From contig JBHGNT010000015.1 of the NCBI GenBank assembly GCA_043228905.1, positions 15,810,001-15,874,000 on the forward strand: a stretch of 64,000 nt of DNA, read 5' to 3'. Source of the DNA: Azolla caroliniana. Lineage: Eukaryota; Plantae; Polypodiophyta. Shown here piece by piece: positions 31,663 to 49,000 of this stretch (the stretch's first letter is position 1; each line of letters begins with the position of its first letter). Below the pieces are notes generated by a model, which did no database searches, was not told the DNA's origin, and was given only the letters and a program-made list of their open reading frames with translations. A program made the position numbers and the translations under genes.

Positions 31663-32198
31663 AATCGATGGTGTCCGATAGAAAGGCTTGGGATATGGTG
31701 ATGGTGTGAAAGGACACACTGAAAATTCTCAGAATAAGAACCCCTCCCCTCCCACCTCTGAGCCATGGTGGTGGCCATGGTGGAACTGAAGTGAAAGTAC
31801 CTGCCTGTTTCAAAATTCAGTCAGTCATACCATACCATACTGATAGCATACATGGGACAAGATCACTCTTTTCTCTACCACGACCACGATGATGCCAAAG
31901 GTATGATGTTCTTCCTTTCTTTCTCCTTTGCTGAATTCACAAGCCAATTGCACATCCATGGCTTTCCTTCCTTTGCAAATAATCTCTGCTCTTTCTTGTT
32001 GGGAACATTGTTCTAAACTGTGTTTGGAAAGCCATTCATTTCTGTTACTATCTTTTTTGCAAGCAAAAGATTACCACTCTTTACTTATTCATTTTTTAAA
32101 GCTGTTCATCTGCATACATTCTCATGGGGTTTTGGGCTATACATAGCACTTTAGCTTTCCATTGAAAATGTTGCTCTAGGTTTGTTGTATTTATCACC

Positions 32199-35171
<2,973 letters not shown>

Positions 35172-36149
35172 TCTGCAATATGAGTCGAAACTTAAAATGG
35201 AATCGACTCTTTCCTTCTGAGAATCAACACCTTGTGTTACCCGCTTTTCAAGGCTGATGTATATATGCATACTTATGTATACAATGGAATAGTAATAATA
35301 GATGTTCTTGCCCATCTCTTCATTGGAAATGTATCCTGATACATAGTGACATTATCAATAAATAAGTGTGTGAATGGCTTTACATAAATGAGGAAATGAT
35401 GAGGACAAACATACATGTGTATACGATGATAATATATTATTTTGTCTTAGTGAATCATTTAGGCTATCCTCATTGTTCTATCATCATTGGAATTTATTTT
35501 GTATATAATGGAAATAGTGATAGTATATAAATTGTCTCTGTGAATCCTCCAGACTATGCTAATTATTAAGTTTTATCATCTGAAATTTACTCTTATACGC
35601 AAGGACTTGAATGGCTCAAATGAGGAAATGACTTACTATGACGATAAAGAGCTGTGATGACATGAAAATCTTCCAAACAATGAGTAAGCTGAAGAAAGAG
35701 AGAAGTTTTTTGATATCAATTATCGAATGTCAATCTAAATATACATGTACTATTTTGCATTCAGATATTGCGAGTAAAAAATAAACCGTGGGATTGAGTT
35801 ATTAGTGGTCAAATTTGGGAGATGAAGCAAAACTATGATTACTTGGCTATGTAGATGCTAGCAATTAGAACAATAAATTCATTCTTACTAGCAAACAAAC
35901 CTAGAGATGAGAACTTGTGACGAAATTAGTTACTCATCATACCAACCAATGTGATAGTGAGAAGAGACTTGAAAATAGTTATCGAAATGTTACTAGTAGC
36001 GTAGGAAATCCATGGGATATGAGTGATAAATATTAAATATGTGTATGCAATCCTTCATCTAGAACCATTAACCGAAATACACCATTATTGTTTTTACTTA
36101 TTTTATGGATCACACACAACTCTAATGTGGTAATAATATATTTCTTGTA

Positions 36150-36900
36150 AATGATGTTATCTCATAAATGATTACATTGGTATTATGCTCCATATAATTT
36201 CTCTTGGTGAACATAGGTACAAAAGATATAAGCATATATATGCCAAATATTTCCAAATTCACCAAATTTATGCTCACAACACAATGACATTGGGTCAAGT
36301 TATGAAACTGGAACCTCCTAGAGTTCCAAACATCGCCTCCCTTGAGATATTAGCTACAAAGAATATTATATTAAATATTATTAGAGATACTCATAAAGGG
36401 ATTTGGCAGAGGAAATTTCTCCATTAGTATTTGTAGCCATTACATTTGTTGCCTTATCCATCCACGATCACTAATAATGTCATCTAAAAAACCATGATGT
36501 TCAAAAATCTTATGCATAACAAGCTCAATTATTTCTTCACCACTAATGTTCTTTTATTGCATGGTAAGAAGTGTGCCATCTTTGTAAATTGGACAATCAC
36601 AATCAGAATAACATCAAATACCTTACAAGTTGGCATATCAATAATAACATCTAAAGAAATAGATTACCATGAGCTTTCTAGAATAGATAATGCATGTAGT
36701 ACTCCATATGGGTAATGTAAAGGCATTTTCGTATATTGACAACATATTGTGTCACATGTGTGAATGTAACATTTGACAAAACTATGAAGATGGGTTTAGG
36801 ATCACATGCATCACCTTCAATTAGACACTTAAATTAACATGGGCTAGAACAAGTCAATGACTATATAAGATCAATAAATGCTTTTGTGCCTCAATATAGA
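36150..36900 (-). mobile_element. Very degenerate hAT (DUF659-type) transposase relic
   Basis: Decayed VIVDGW...TNVMATNTNGE segment resembles the DGW...INVM...GE motif. Multiple stops and frameshifts. Confidence 0.35.
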
Positions 36901-37365
36901 AGACAAATGGTTGATTTTTCTATATAAGTTATAAGAGAGGCAAAATGATCCTCGCAAATTCATGATGAATTTGCAGTAAAAATTTGCAAACCATAAAAAA
37001 TAGTAGACGTCTAGCATTAAGCATGGCGATTGCCTTTCTAGCTCAGTTGAAGTTTCGTTGGATCCATCAAGATACTATTAGATGAAATTACATATACCCA
37101 AGAATTCTACCGAGTGGCGATCAAGTCAACACTTCCAATTAGACATAAAGAGTATGTTCACAAAGTCATCGTTGTGAGGGCCGTAGTCTTGAGACCAAGA
37201 TCAAATTAAAGAAGAAAATAATAGAAGAATATTAGGGTCGTAGCTAAGAACAAGATAAAATTGAAGAAGAGAATAAGAAGAATTAGAATTTTTATCGTCC
37301 ATAAAGAGGCCAATTTTGACCTATGGGACTAGAGTATACATGTGTTCTTGATATATGTCTCCTTC

Positions 37366-37630
37366 CTAAGAAGGGGTATTCATACGTTGAAGCACAAAGT
37401 CTCTATGTGTTAGTAAAGCATACACATATGAGCTCAACCTTCTAGGTGGTGTCTTAAGTATGGCACTTAAGTTATCACTCCCTCTTAGTATGTCAGCATA
37501 TCTTGAATGAATTGCACTATATGTCGAGCATGTGAAGAGCAAGTGACATTCATCCTCTACCATGCCTTCATTGGATACTTTACATGTCCTCAAATTCATT
37601 ACATTTTGATACCATGATGCAACTTCAATA
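37366..37630 (-). mobile_element. 3' fragment of a non-LTR retrotransposon ORF (Cys/His C-terminal domain)
   Basis: RTCKV...VEDECHLLFTCSTYSAI matches the C..C...EDE.H.L..C..Y motif of LINE C-termini. Confidence 0.7.
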
Positions 37631-37899
37631 CCTAACTTGTGAGATCGAGTGCGAAGTAGTGTAAGGGCTCTACAAGCATTACTGAGATAAGAGGGAAATA
37701 AGAGGAGAATGATAATCTATTAATAATAAGAACAATATATACAAGAATGCATCGAAGATTGATCTTGAACCCGAATGTTTTACCAATACTAAAACACATG
37801 CTTATATAACATGGTTTGAACTTTGGACACATGCATGTCTGTCACCTTGTCACCATATAGGCATTCATGTAAGTTCCAATCATATGTGGAATAGTGACA

Positions 37900-39200
37900 T
37901 CTTAAATATTATAGTTAAATATGATATACCTTAATAGTTAAGGTTATGAATATTGTTCCAAAGATACAAGTGTTGCAAGTAGTAATGTAGAAAGCCGAAC
38001 TTGGGTTATTTGGATATCAATGATGAAATTCCTAACTGGGTCCCATGTTCGATCATTAAGTATATTAACCAAACTACTCAACCAATTTAATATATTTGTT
38101 GTGGAGAACTTCATATTTCAAAATTATTTCCACTTTGTATTTTGGATTAGCAATTAGCACAACAAGAGGAACAACATGATCTGAAATATAGATTGATACA
38201 TAACGTTCCAAAAGTGATACATCAAACACTAGATGAAAACACATATGGGACAAGAGATTGAGACATATATGATGCGACTTCATAGATCTAGTCAAAGATA
38301 TGTATAGCCCGATGTATTGACAATCCAACTTGTTGCAAGGCCTAATGATCTTGACATGACTTTGTTAGTGCCATTTGATCCCAACTCAAAATGTAGGTTC
38401 CTTCGTGATAAGTCAAGATGATGACAATATGCAAGTTTCTTGTGTGGATTGAACATCATGTAAATAGTATTGGCAAAGAGTAAATGCCCATTTCTTAGAA
38501 TCGAAGTAGATGATCTTATGCAATCAAAGCCCCCACTTCCTTCAAGAAAGAAGCCTCCTCCTGAATTACATTTGTGCAATTGGCACAATCCCCTATTTCA
38601 AACTGATTGTGTTATATGACATCAATACCCCCAATGTAAGAATACCACTAATCAAAAGATAAGGAAAATGTGTTCAATCAAGTAAAGGAAATGGTGTCAT
38701 TCTTCTCCCGTGAGGTATTGGGAAATCATTTTCTCCTTTTGCTACATCATTATAAGACTAAAACCACGATTATCAACTTCAAAATGGCATAAGAAATCTC
38801 TCCCAATCCAATGACAAGTTCCCACTTTTGTACCTCGCATGAACTCACTATCATTTTCCAATGACTTCTTTTGCATGCCTAATTACTTGTTGACATTGCA
38901 CAGAATAGTGCACCTTCACTCTACATTTTAACATTTTTGCTATAGGGCAAATGTTTCTTGACAGTACAAGCCATAAATTAGCACATAACCTTTTGCTACT
39001 AACCTTGATTTATTTCTTTCCACAATCTTCTCAGCATTAAACTTTACCTTGTAAACCACTTAGACCAATAACTTTCTTACAAATAGGTGTAGGTACTAAC
39101 TCTGTAACATCTTTTTTATGCAATGGATCCATTTTTTCCGTCATTACATTTACCCATTCCTCTGTTTTACTTTGCATTGTTCCTAAAAGATTTGTCATCA
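37900..39200 (-). mobile_element. Degenerate Ty3/gypsy chromovirus pol relic
   Basis: HLVFDVSLLERY...KYKVEIIL...KLV..W chromodomain-like segment at 38050-38250. RT/RNaseH-like remnants upstream. Confidence 0.6.
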
Positions 39201-40026
39201 TGACTCACAACTTTGCCATCCATGCAAGTTTATAGACCTTAAATAGATGAGCAAAATAATAATAAAACATGAAATAAGAAGTAATATTAAATAATGCAAG
39301 GGCCAAAATGATGTATGATATAACATCAGGTATCATATATCATACCAAATTATAATGTTACAATTGCCAAAAACTACCATCACATATATTGACCTCTAAA
39401 AAGGAACTTTGTGCCATTAATGATCTTCTTTCCTCATGGGGGTTTCTCTCGATGCCTACACATCTCCATTGGAAAGGCAAGTTGTTGGTGTATAACAACT
39501 CAAACCATATGTACAACAAAGAGATCATTGCCACAAATTTTGAATGAAAATCGATAAATGGACACATCACCATGTCATGCCATGATACTTGATGTGGATA
39601 TTTATAGCTCTCTTTTACCAATTTGCTCAAAATATGTAAGTCGACACATGTAATTTGTAGTAACTTATAGTTGTTCACAAGTCACATATAAGAAAGGGAA
39701 TGCTAGTAGTACAGAGTTATCTCCCAACTATATATGTTGTCATTTATCTGTGTAGAATAGCACCAAAATATCTTGCATCTGATCTCGCAGTAGGTGTTCG
39801 TTCATAAATGCCCCAGTTGGCAAGTTGAGGATCATTTTTGTAGACTTAATTTGGAAGTAATACTAAATTAGCACGATTCAAGTTTCAACTCGAGCTGAGA
39901 AACTTGATTGGTTCTTCATGATCCATGTTTTCGCCTGGAACATCTCAATAAATGCACATGCCTTATCTCCTATGAGGTCCAAATCAGGTGTTCCAAATTA
40001 CATGATCAAACATTTCTCATCAGGAC

Positions 40027-43000
40027 TCACAGCTTTGCCATTCGTGCCAGTTTATATACCTTAAATAAAGGAATCAAATAATTATAAAGAGAAGTAATAT
40101 TATCCTAACCAAAAGCCCAAAATCATACACCTTACAGAGGACCAAGGAACAAATATCAATATACTACCATCATATATCGTGACCTCTGAAAAGTAACTTC
40201 ATCCCATTGGTCTCTTTTCCTGAAGGTCTCTCTATACCTACACATCTTCCCTAGAAAGTCAAGTAGTCAGTCTATACTGAAACGCAAACCACCTGTAAGA
40301 TGGGGCCTCAACAGTGTTACTCCATAAAAGTTGTTGAAATGACAACAGCATGAGCCTCCTAAAACGAAGTGTATGGGTACATCTCCAATCCACCTAAAGC
40401 TTCTAGCTAGTCAGTCTATACTTAAAGATGGTCCACAATCTTGGCTTTACAAAGGTTCATACTGAACCAGTGGGCTGTTGGGATGTCTGTAAGATATCCC
40501 CTAAATTTCAGATGAACATACACCATCACTCTTGAAAGAGTAGAAGGGTTCTCCTTGTCTAAATTTATGGGCTTTTGTATCTTTTGTTTGATTGTTTCCT
40601 TAAAGATCAATATAACCTTCGTATCTCGCAGCATTGCAGTTTGCAATTAATATACAATAGTAATTAAAATTTACTAATAAATAAATGAGTCAAAAAAGTA
40701 TTTCCACAGAAAATGAACCGTAAGTTTCTACCTGAGCACTTAGATTAGGTAAGGACAACTCCAATGTAAAAGCTCCATTTTTCCTTCCATAAAAAATATA
40801 TTTCAATGCGTCAACAACAAAGATTTGGATAATGTGAGGTGCTTATGTTCATAGAGGTGAGGTAGCCATATTCATACAAAATATTATTACGTGTATACCT
40901 TACTAAAGAGCTATTCATTACCAACACATGGCCATCCAAACGACCATCTCCACCAAAAGACGTACAGTCACTATCCAAAAGCAACTGCAAATAAAAGACC
41001 ACTCTTAATCAAGATATTAAAAAAAAATATTAAATCAATACATCATATTGGATATTCACATGATATATCTGACACTTGAAATGTGATCAAATTCTGAGGA
41101 AAGTATTAACAGTAGAATATATTAGGGCCATGGCCAAAAACTCCCTGGTCTCGTTGAAAGATACTATGCAGAAATTTTAATATGATTTGGCACTGTAAAT
41201 TGCCAGGTAATTACACTGATTTTAAAATCAAAGAACAGATGCACCTCTCTGAATAGTCTCCAACGTAAGTTTGGAAATCAAATGGACCAGAGGAGTGAGA
41301 GAAACAGCTCTTCAAGATACACACGGAAATGTTGGAAACTGTGTGGAAATCCGTATCACTGTGATGAATTCCAAGTCATCACATGAAGTCATCTCAAGAG
41401 GCCTGTGGACTGCCAAGAAACAACCAGCATAACAACCAGGTCTAAGACATGGCGTAGAATAAGGACTGTCCCCAAAAGAGAGGTAACCTATATGCAGCTC
41501 AAGTTCCAACATGGGAAAGCAAAAGACTTGTTGCAGACCATACACCATAAACCCTGTGACTGGTTATGATGCATGAGAAGTGTGCCAGTGCATGTAATTG
41601 ACGTTGAGAAACCACATGTGAGACCAGAAACAACTCAGGCAAACATAGCAGCCATCCTCATTTATGATTGTAATATTGTAACCAATAACAAGTTGATTCA
41701 AAGACCACAAAATATGTTTTCTTGCATCAACGATGGTTCAAGACGCATAGACATCATGTTCTCACAATAAAATTTATGAATAGGGGAAGGTAGCTTGCAT
41801 GAATACATTTTTACAGCCCAAATTTACATGTTTTTTCGTATTTACAAAACAATCTTTGCCATCCACTTAGAGCTCACCTCATATTGACCTGCTTCTTCTA
41901 CTGGAATCTCAAAGGTATCATGAGAATGTTCTGAATGAAAGTTAAGAAGAAACAGCAACCTCCCACGAGAAAATGCTAGTATCTGCAACACTAGCAATGC
42001 ATCATTTTGAAAGTTCATGTTCAAACAAGTTTCAGTTAAACAAAATAAATCAGCATTTACTTATCAACCTTTTCATCATCATCTACTAAGAGGATCTCCG
42101 CAGGTCGTCGGTTTAAAATACCATGTTCCTCTTCGAGCATCATTAATGCCTGCCTTGCTAACAAAAATGTTTAGTACATCATTTCAGGGCCAAGAGACTA
42201 TTCCATGTACAGCATATCACATTATTTAAAAATGCATACATAATTTGAATCAGAACCACTAGTTGTGAATGATCTTTCCTTCCTGAGAAATAAAAAACAC
42301 TTAAACTACAAAAACAGAATCAGAGGCTACCTAATTGTACAATGATGAGTGGTAAGATTCTCTATATACATAAAAAAAGTGTGACACTTCAAAATATATA
42401 TAATATATTATATATTTATATTTATAATTAATTATTTTCTGACGCCGTTTCAAATTTTTTAAATAAAGCCCATGAAATCTCAAAATATTTCATGTGATGC
42501 TGAGTAGTATGCACAATGAAAACCACCAAAGCAGCCCATAATAATAATACTGTTTAGATCCCTGCAATGAGCAGCTGATCCCGGACATGTATGCATCCTA
42601 ACAGATTCTAGCTTTTGTCCTCGATGATGTAATCAAAGAATCGCTGATCAATAAGTAGCAGCTGTACACCCAAACACACTAGATGCAACTGTAAACAAGG
42701 TCCCTGGCTGTCTATGTAATGGTATGCAAAAAATTTCCACATGGAAGGAAGAAAAGGAAGAGGTATTTTTCAGTTTATGGCAGAGTTTCTTAGGAGGTTG
42801 CAGCAGATATAACTAAAGGAAATAGGGACCCTAAGGGTACTCTTTGAAATAAAACAAACTTGATCTTATTACAAAGAATACCCTTATGGTCCCTCTTTCC
42901 TTTACTTAAATCTCCTGCAACCTCCCTCTAAGAAACTCTGCCATAAAATGAAAAATACCTTTTCCTTTTCAGAGCCAATGAGCATCCAATCCAACCTAAA

Positions 43001-46000
43001 TTTTGGGTTCAATGGAACCATTACAGTTCATGTTCCCCACTGACCACATCCTCTTAATCTGTAAATGATTTGCCACATTAACCACAGTTATAAATCCTAG
43101 CTTTCTTAAGAATCCTCGCTTATTCAAGTAAATAGTCCAGCATCCCCTTATTTCATTGGCAACTTACAATCTTACCTTAAATTTCCCAATACATACCTCT
43201 TCTAAGCAGAAAAAGGGTTCTAACTTGTGATTCTAGTCAAATTGACCATAATCAAAATATATAGAAATCTCTAATAGACCATAGCGGCTTATGAGACCTA
43301 AAACAATTACAACTGTTTATGTTAAACTCATCAATGGAAGTAAACAACAGACCTTCCAAAACTGAACTGCTTGAGAATGTGTAATTATGAGTGATCGACA
43401 CCAATCAGTTTTAATGACTGATAATTAATACTGAAATAACAATGAAAAATGGCCAATCAGTTAATGCATCTGCAATGACAGATGCATTGAGTGTGCAACC
43501 CTGCAGGATAAATTGAGGGCCAAAAAATACCTAATAGGAGCTAATAACTGAAACCTAAGCACCTAAGGGAGACACAGGCAAAATTAATTTTTGGGGTTTA
43601 TGAACCCTCTGGAAGGTCGTCCTTCCCAAGGTATTACCTATACTCAGCTTCTACATGTGATAATAACTGTTCGACACTGCCCATTTCTAGCATCAGGATC
43701 TGTCCCCTAGTTCAACTAGTAATGACATTATTGTTTCCATCCCGTTTGCATTACAGATTTATCGGATACATTTTAACACAGAAATAAACAGAATCAGATG
43801 AAATGAATAATTTACATCCAACCTGATCAAAGTCTGCAAGGTATGAATGAGGTCCATTCTCATTCAATAAATTCCATCGTCGGCGTGCAAGGGAAAAAGA
43901 ATGGCGGTTGCTGGACCTTGGAAACTCAACCCTCTGATAATGAGACAAGGTCAATCACAACACTATGCAATATTGAACCAAAATTCAAAACTCAAATATT
44001 GTAACTACCTCTGGATGACCAAATTCGTTGCCCATAAAGTTCACATATCCTGACCCAGCCATGCTCAGTGTGGCCAATCGTATCATCTAGCAAAGTACTC
44101 ACATTTTCATTATTTATACTTGCTTATGATACATGATATCAACACAACATCATTTGCAACTTAATATATACACCTTCAATAATGCCACGCCTTTCATATC
44201 CAATCCTGCCTTTCCATCCTTAGTATTTGAACGGGATAATAACACTTGATATAATGACATCCCTCCTGCTATAGACTTTCAAACAAATAGGCAAAGGGAT
44301 GCAAACATATAAATATCATCACACAAAAATATCTTACATCTGGTATCCAGAACAAGAAGAAAAACCTCAATATTTTTCTTCCATTACCTGCATGTGATTC
44401 TCGGTATAAACAATCATCTTGCCTATGCTCTTATGGTTTGTTAAAGTGTCAACAATCTGTGGAGTAGAGGATTGGATTCAGTTACGGGTTCAAAGAAGCT
44501 CACATATCATCTTCAGGTAAGAAATGTTAAATGACATTATCACCTGACTCATGATCCAATGTTCATCTGATCCATTTTGAAATAACCACAACCACATTTC
44601 AGCTGGCTGTGTGCAAACAAAGTAATCAAATCCAAGGCCTCCACTATGGATTGGGTCGCAAAGTCCAGGGTAAAATGTTGCCTGGTATTTAACAATCACA
44701 AAAGATTTAACAACTTCTGCCCTAACCCCTCCACAGGAAAGTTCCTTTCAAAATACATTGAACATTTACGAGGAAGGAATATAAATCTATGGAAGATTTC
44801 AGAAGATCCTAGTGAAAGAAATGTGCCTTACATCCTCTGCAATCGTTATAATATTGGAATTCAGTCCATGCAGTAATTCATTAACCAATATCAAGTAGAT
44901 CTGTGCATCTTGATCCACATACTGATTGCAAAAACTGCAGATCCAAAATTTAAAAACTTAGGACTTCAAATCGTGACTATTGGATATTATCTGATAAAAA
45001 TATCATAGCTCACAAGTCATAGCTGCCTGTAGGTTTTTCAAAACCATTATGAGTGTACAGCATTGACGCCAATGAATGGAAATTGAAACCATCAATATGA
45101 TATTCCTCGACCCACCTGAGATTTCAAAATTTCTTTATGAAAATGTAGATCAGATCCCGCCAAAACGATAACATTCAAATGAGCAAAGAGTCACAAATTC
45201 TCTCACAAGAAGTATGCACAGACCAAAAAGTACTAAAACATCTAGAATCGAGTTGAGGTTAGTATGCATATAATGTGCATAACAGTGCTGGTTAATGTGC
45301 ATTTATTATCAAACCAAACATTAGAAGAGTTTATTTCATGATGTATGTGTAAATCCTGAACAACAAAGTATATGCAGCATGTCTTCTCCAAATGGAACCC
45401 ATCGGAAGCTCCAAAATCGTCTCTCAAATGTTGACTAGACCAAAAAAATGATTTCATCATGCATTACAGCATGCTGTATGCATGTCTCCACAGCCCATAG
45501 ATCTCAATATTGCCAATAATATCTAATGCCAATAGGCATCCAAAGATGGACACTACTTTCTGATACATTTTTCTTTGCTATCTATTTGCAGACTAACATG
45601 CTTCATCTAACCTATCTGCAATTGATATGTAGCAAATGGCAATTTCCCTTGTTAAATGTATTCTAACACTCAAATTCTGGGATATACATTACCACTTCAG
45701 GTTTGATAACAGAAATCGTTTGACTTCATAATCACTGTACTTGAACATACGCATTCCCCAATATTTATGGTGCCCTCTCTTTCCTGAAATAAACAATGAA
45801 GCTTTATGTCATTCATATAGCTATACTACATTGCACCAGATTTAAAAATAAATAGAAAGGAGCTTATGTTAACACCTGATCAATCAACTTAAGCATTGAA
45901 TAATAACATTATATGCAGACAATTGTAGAAACCCCTCTTTCTGATAGGCTAGGATGCAATCAACCAGTCAAATTGGCCTTAAAATAAACATCTACATTGA

Positions 46001-49000
46001 CTTCAATATCAACCTGAATTTTGTTGTCTAATCACAAAATGCCACATCAAAAAAAAAATTAAGACAGGACAAAAAAACATTTGGGATACATACAATAGCA
46101 CTATACAATTAACTTTACAGAGTCTAACACAGTAAGAATAAGTGCCTTAGATTTCTTTCTAGACAACGGTGTCATGATGTGGCACGCCCAAAGGTAGAAA
46201 CTAGGAGAAGGGGGGCAACCACAAGTATGTAAATATATATTAAAGAAAACAAATATAAAATAATAGAAACTAAATGGCCTAGTAGTTAGGGCCGTTTGAA
46301 TCTCTGCCAGAGTGAATGAAGGAATTATTTCTTTTATTCTCTTTTTTTAATACAAAGCGGGTTACTTTGCATTTAATACAAAATGAGGCGCCTCTCCCCC
46401 CATAAAAGGAGGGGAAAATGACTCATTTAGGGGTTCTTTTTGGGGATTTTGGTGCTCGACCTTGGGATTTTTGCATTATGGTATACTGTTAATTTTTTTC
46501 TTCTTCTTCTCTACCTCCTCTTCAGAGGTCTTTGCAATCTTCTTCACCACTGAGCTAACCATGCGTTAACAACTTCAAGGAAGGGTTCAGCACTGGTTGT
46601 TGAAGGGAACATGAAGCAGCCCAAGAACACTAATCCCGCAATGAGGGCCGTAGTTGTCGGTAGTAGTTGCAGTCTTGGTGGTCCACTCGACTCACCTTCA
46701 CCAGAAACTCCAAGCCTCCCTTCATTCTTGTCTTAAAATCATTAACTGTTGTAAAAGTTATCATACTCATGGCATTATTTGGTGAACCCAAATTTTTTTT
46801 GTCCTAAGAAAGAGAAATTTCTCTAAATTGTGTGTCGATTACCCTACAGCATTGTGTGTGCAGATGTGAGTGTGAGGAGGGTCAAGCTGTTGCCGGTGAG
46901 CAGGCCTTGCCTCTCTTCATTCGCCTCCAAACATTTGCATCCTTTGTTTGTATCCTACGTTCGCCTCCAAACGTTCGCATCCTTTGTTTGCATCCTTCAT
47001 TCACCTTGTTCGTTTATTCGCGGCTTACGTTTGCCTCTCAAGCATTCTCTTCACCTCGATCTTTGTGCACCATTTATTTATAAAGGGGATTCATGTGAGG
47101 AGATCTTCAACGCAGTACAAAGAAGCACAGGTAGGCGTCCTCCCTGGTTCAGGACCCCTATGGTCCCGCTCGAGAAGCACAGGCAGGCATGTTTACACGA
47201 CAACAGAATCTGGGACTTCTCTAGGGTAGTTGAATCAACTTTAAAATCCGACAATGGTAGATAAATTTTGCACACTTCCTCCATGAGAACGGCAAAATGA
47301 GCCAAGTTTTATAAACCAGTCTACTGTTGTAGTACATTGGCAATCATTATAGTTTTATATTGATTATATAATATTTAATTGTCCTTCATAGATAATATAA
47401 ATTTTTGAATTCTAGATAACTTGGCAAATATCCTCACTCTAACCAAACTCATGTCCATTATTGCAAGTGATGAAGCAGATCCCAACCATCTCACCACCCA
47501 CTAACTCTGCACGAGGTAAGGGTTTTTGCTACATTGGTCCTTTGTTGAAACAATATTTTCACCATGGATACCTTCGATTTATTGGATCCTTTTGTGTGCC
47601 ATGATGCTTCATGCCTCCCAGATGCTGGAGTTCACAGGTTCAACCCTCTCCTCTATGCCTTGTCTATCTGACTCTGTTACCACCTATGTTTCCATACACA
47701 ACTTGTTTGTCTAACTCTGTCTGCTTTTATTCACATACTGGTCTCCACAGGACGATAATAAGTCATCATCCTTAGGGTTCTTTAAAGATTCTTAAAAGGA
47801 AGTTTTATTGCCAAGAAGAGATAGATGTTTATCTTAAACGTACCAAAAACCTTCCAGAACCACGTTTTACAACATATCTAAAACTGTTCTATTAAATATA
47901 TAACAAACATGTCAAGCAATCAAGCAAGCTACATTTAGCAATTTCACTATTTTCGCTCTTAGAGTTCAGACCCTCCAATGTGACGGAGTAATCACATGAT
48001 CCCAAATTGTTCCTTCAGCATATATATACTACTTTGCTAGGATCAGATGGATGTCTCTCAAATATACCTGTTCTAATACTCTGTTGGCATTGAACATCAT
48101 TATCCATAATATATCCAAGTTAAAGAGAAGTTGTATGTACAATTCCAAAATAATCTAATGTATTTCTAGATGCACAAGTTTGCAAACAATAAACAGAAAC
48201 ATTCAATTCTCTTAGAAGGAAATCACTGTACAGGTTGATTTTCACATCTTTATTTTCCATCTCCAGCTAGATATAGGACATTGCCAAATCTGAATCTCTA
48301 TTTTATTTGAAAAATATGCCAGCACTTCAGAAGGTTTTATTTTTCAACATCTAGTTAAACATCTAATTTCAGCATTATACGTACTTGGCAAATGGTGCAA
48401 ATTAAATGTAGTCGTGATGTACCTGTGTGAAAGTAGCAATCATTTGCTCCATCAAATAGAGATAAACCGTGCAGTGTTTCTGGCGAGGCATATGAATGCA
48501 CAATGTCCAAGAATACTAGCAATCCAAGACCTGTGACAAAACAGTAACAAATTATGATACGATTACTGGCATAATAATGACAACAATGACATGTGGACTG
48601 CAAGTTGTGAAGCACATTGGGCATCTAAGCAGCATCTTGATCATTGGATCCAAGATACTATGCTCTCATTAATTGTGTTAATGATTAATGCCTGTTGATA
48701 CTACAATTTATTAGCGTTTCACATTGGTTCATAACTACTTGTACCGTTCATAACTACTTATTCACCTCTATGTAGCACTTTTCAGAAAGTCCATGTCAAT
48801 GAGTACCAACGATAAAGAAATAAAAGAATGTTTATTGTTCGCTCTCTAAAAAGATATCATAGCCTTACTATGATATGTTTAGCTTATTTTTAGACAACTG
48901 AAATTTGAAGCAAGTGAGCTTATTTGCATATGGCCATGATGTCTATTTTTCTGAATCAAAACAAAATTGTGATCGTCTTTACTTCATGATCAGTCTTCTG

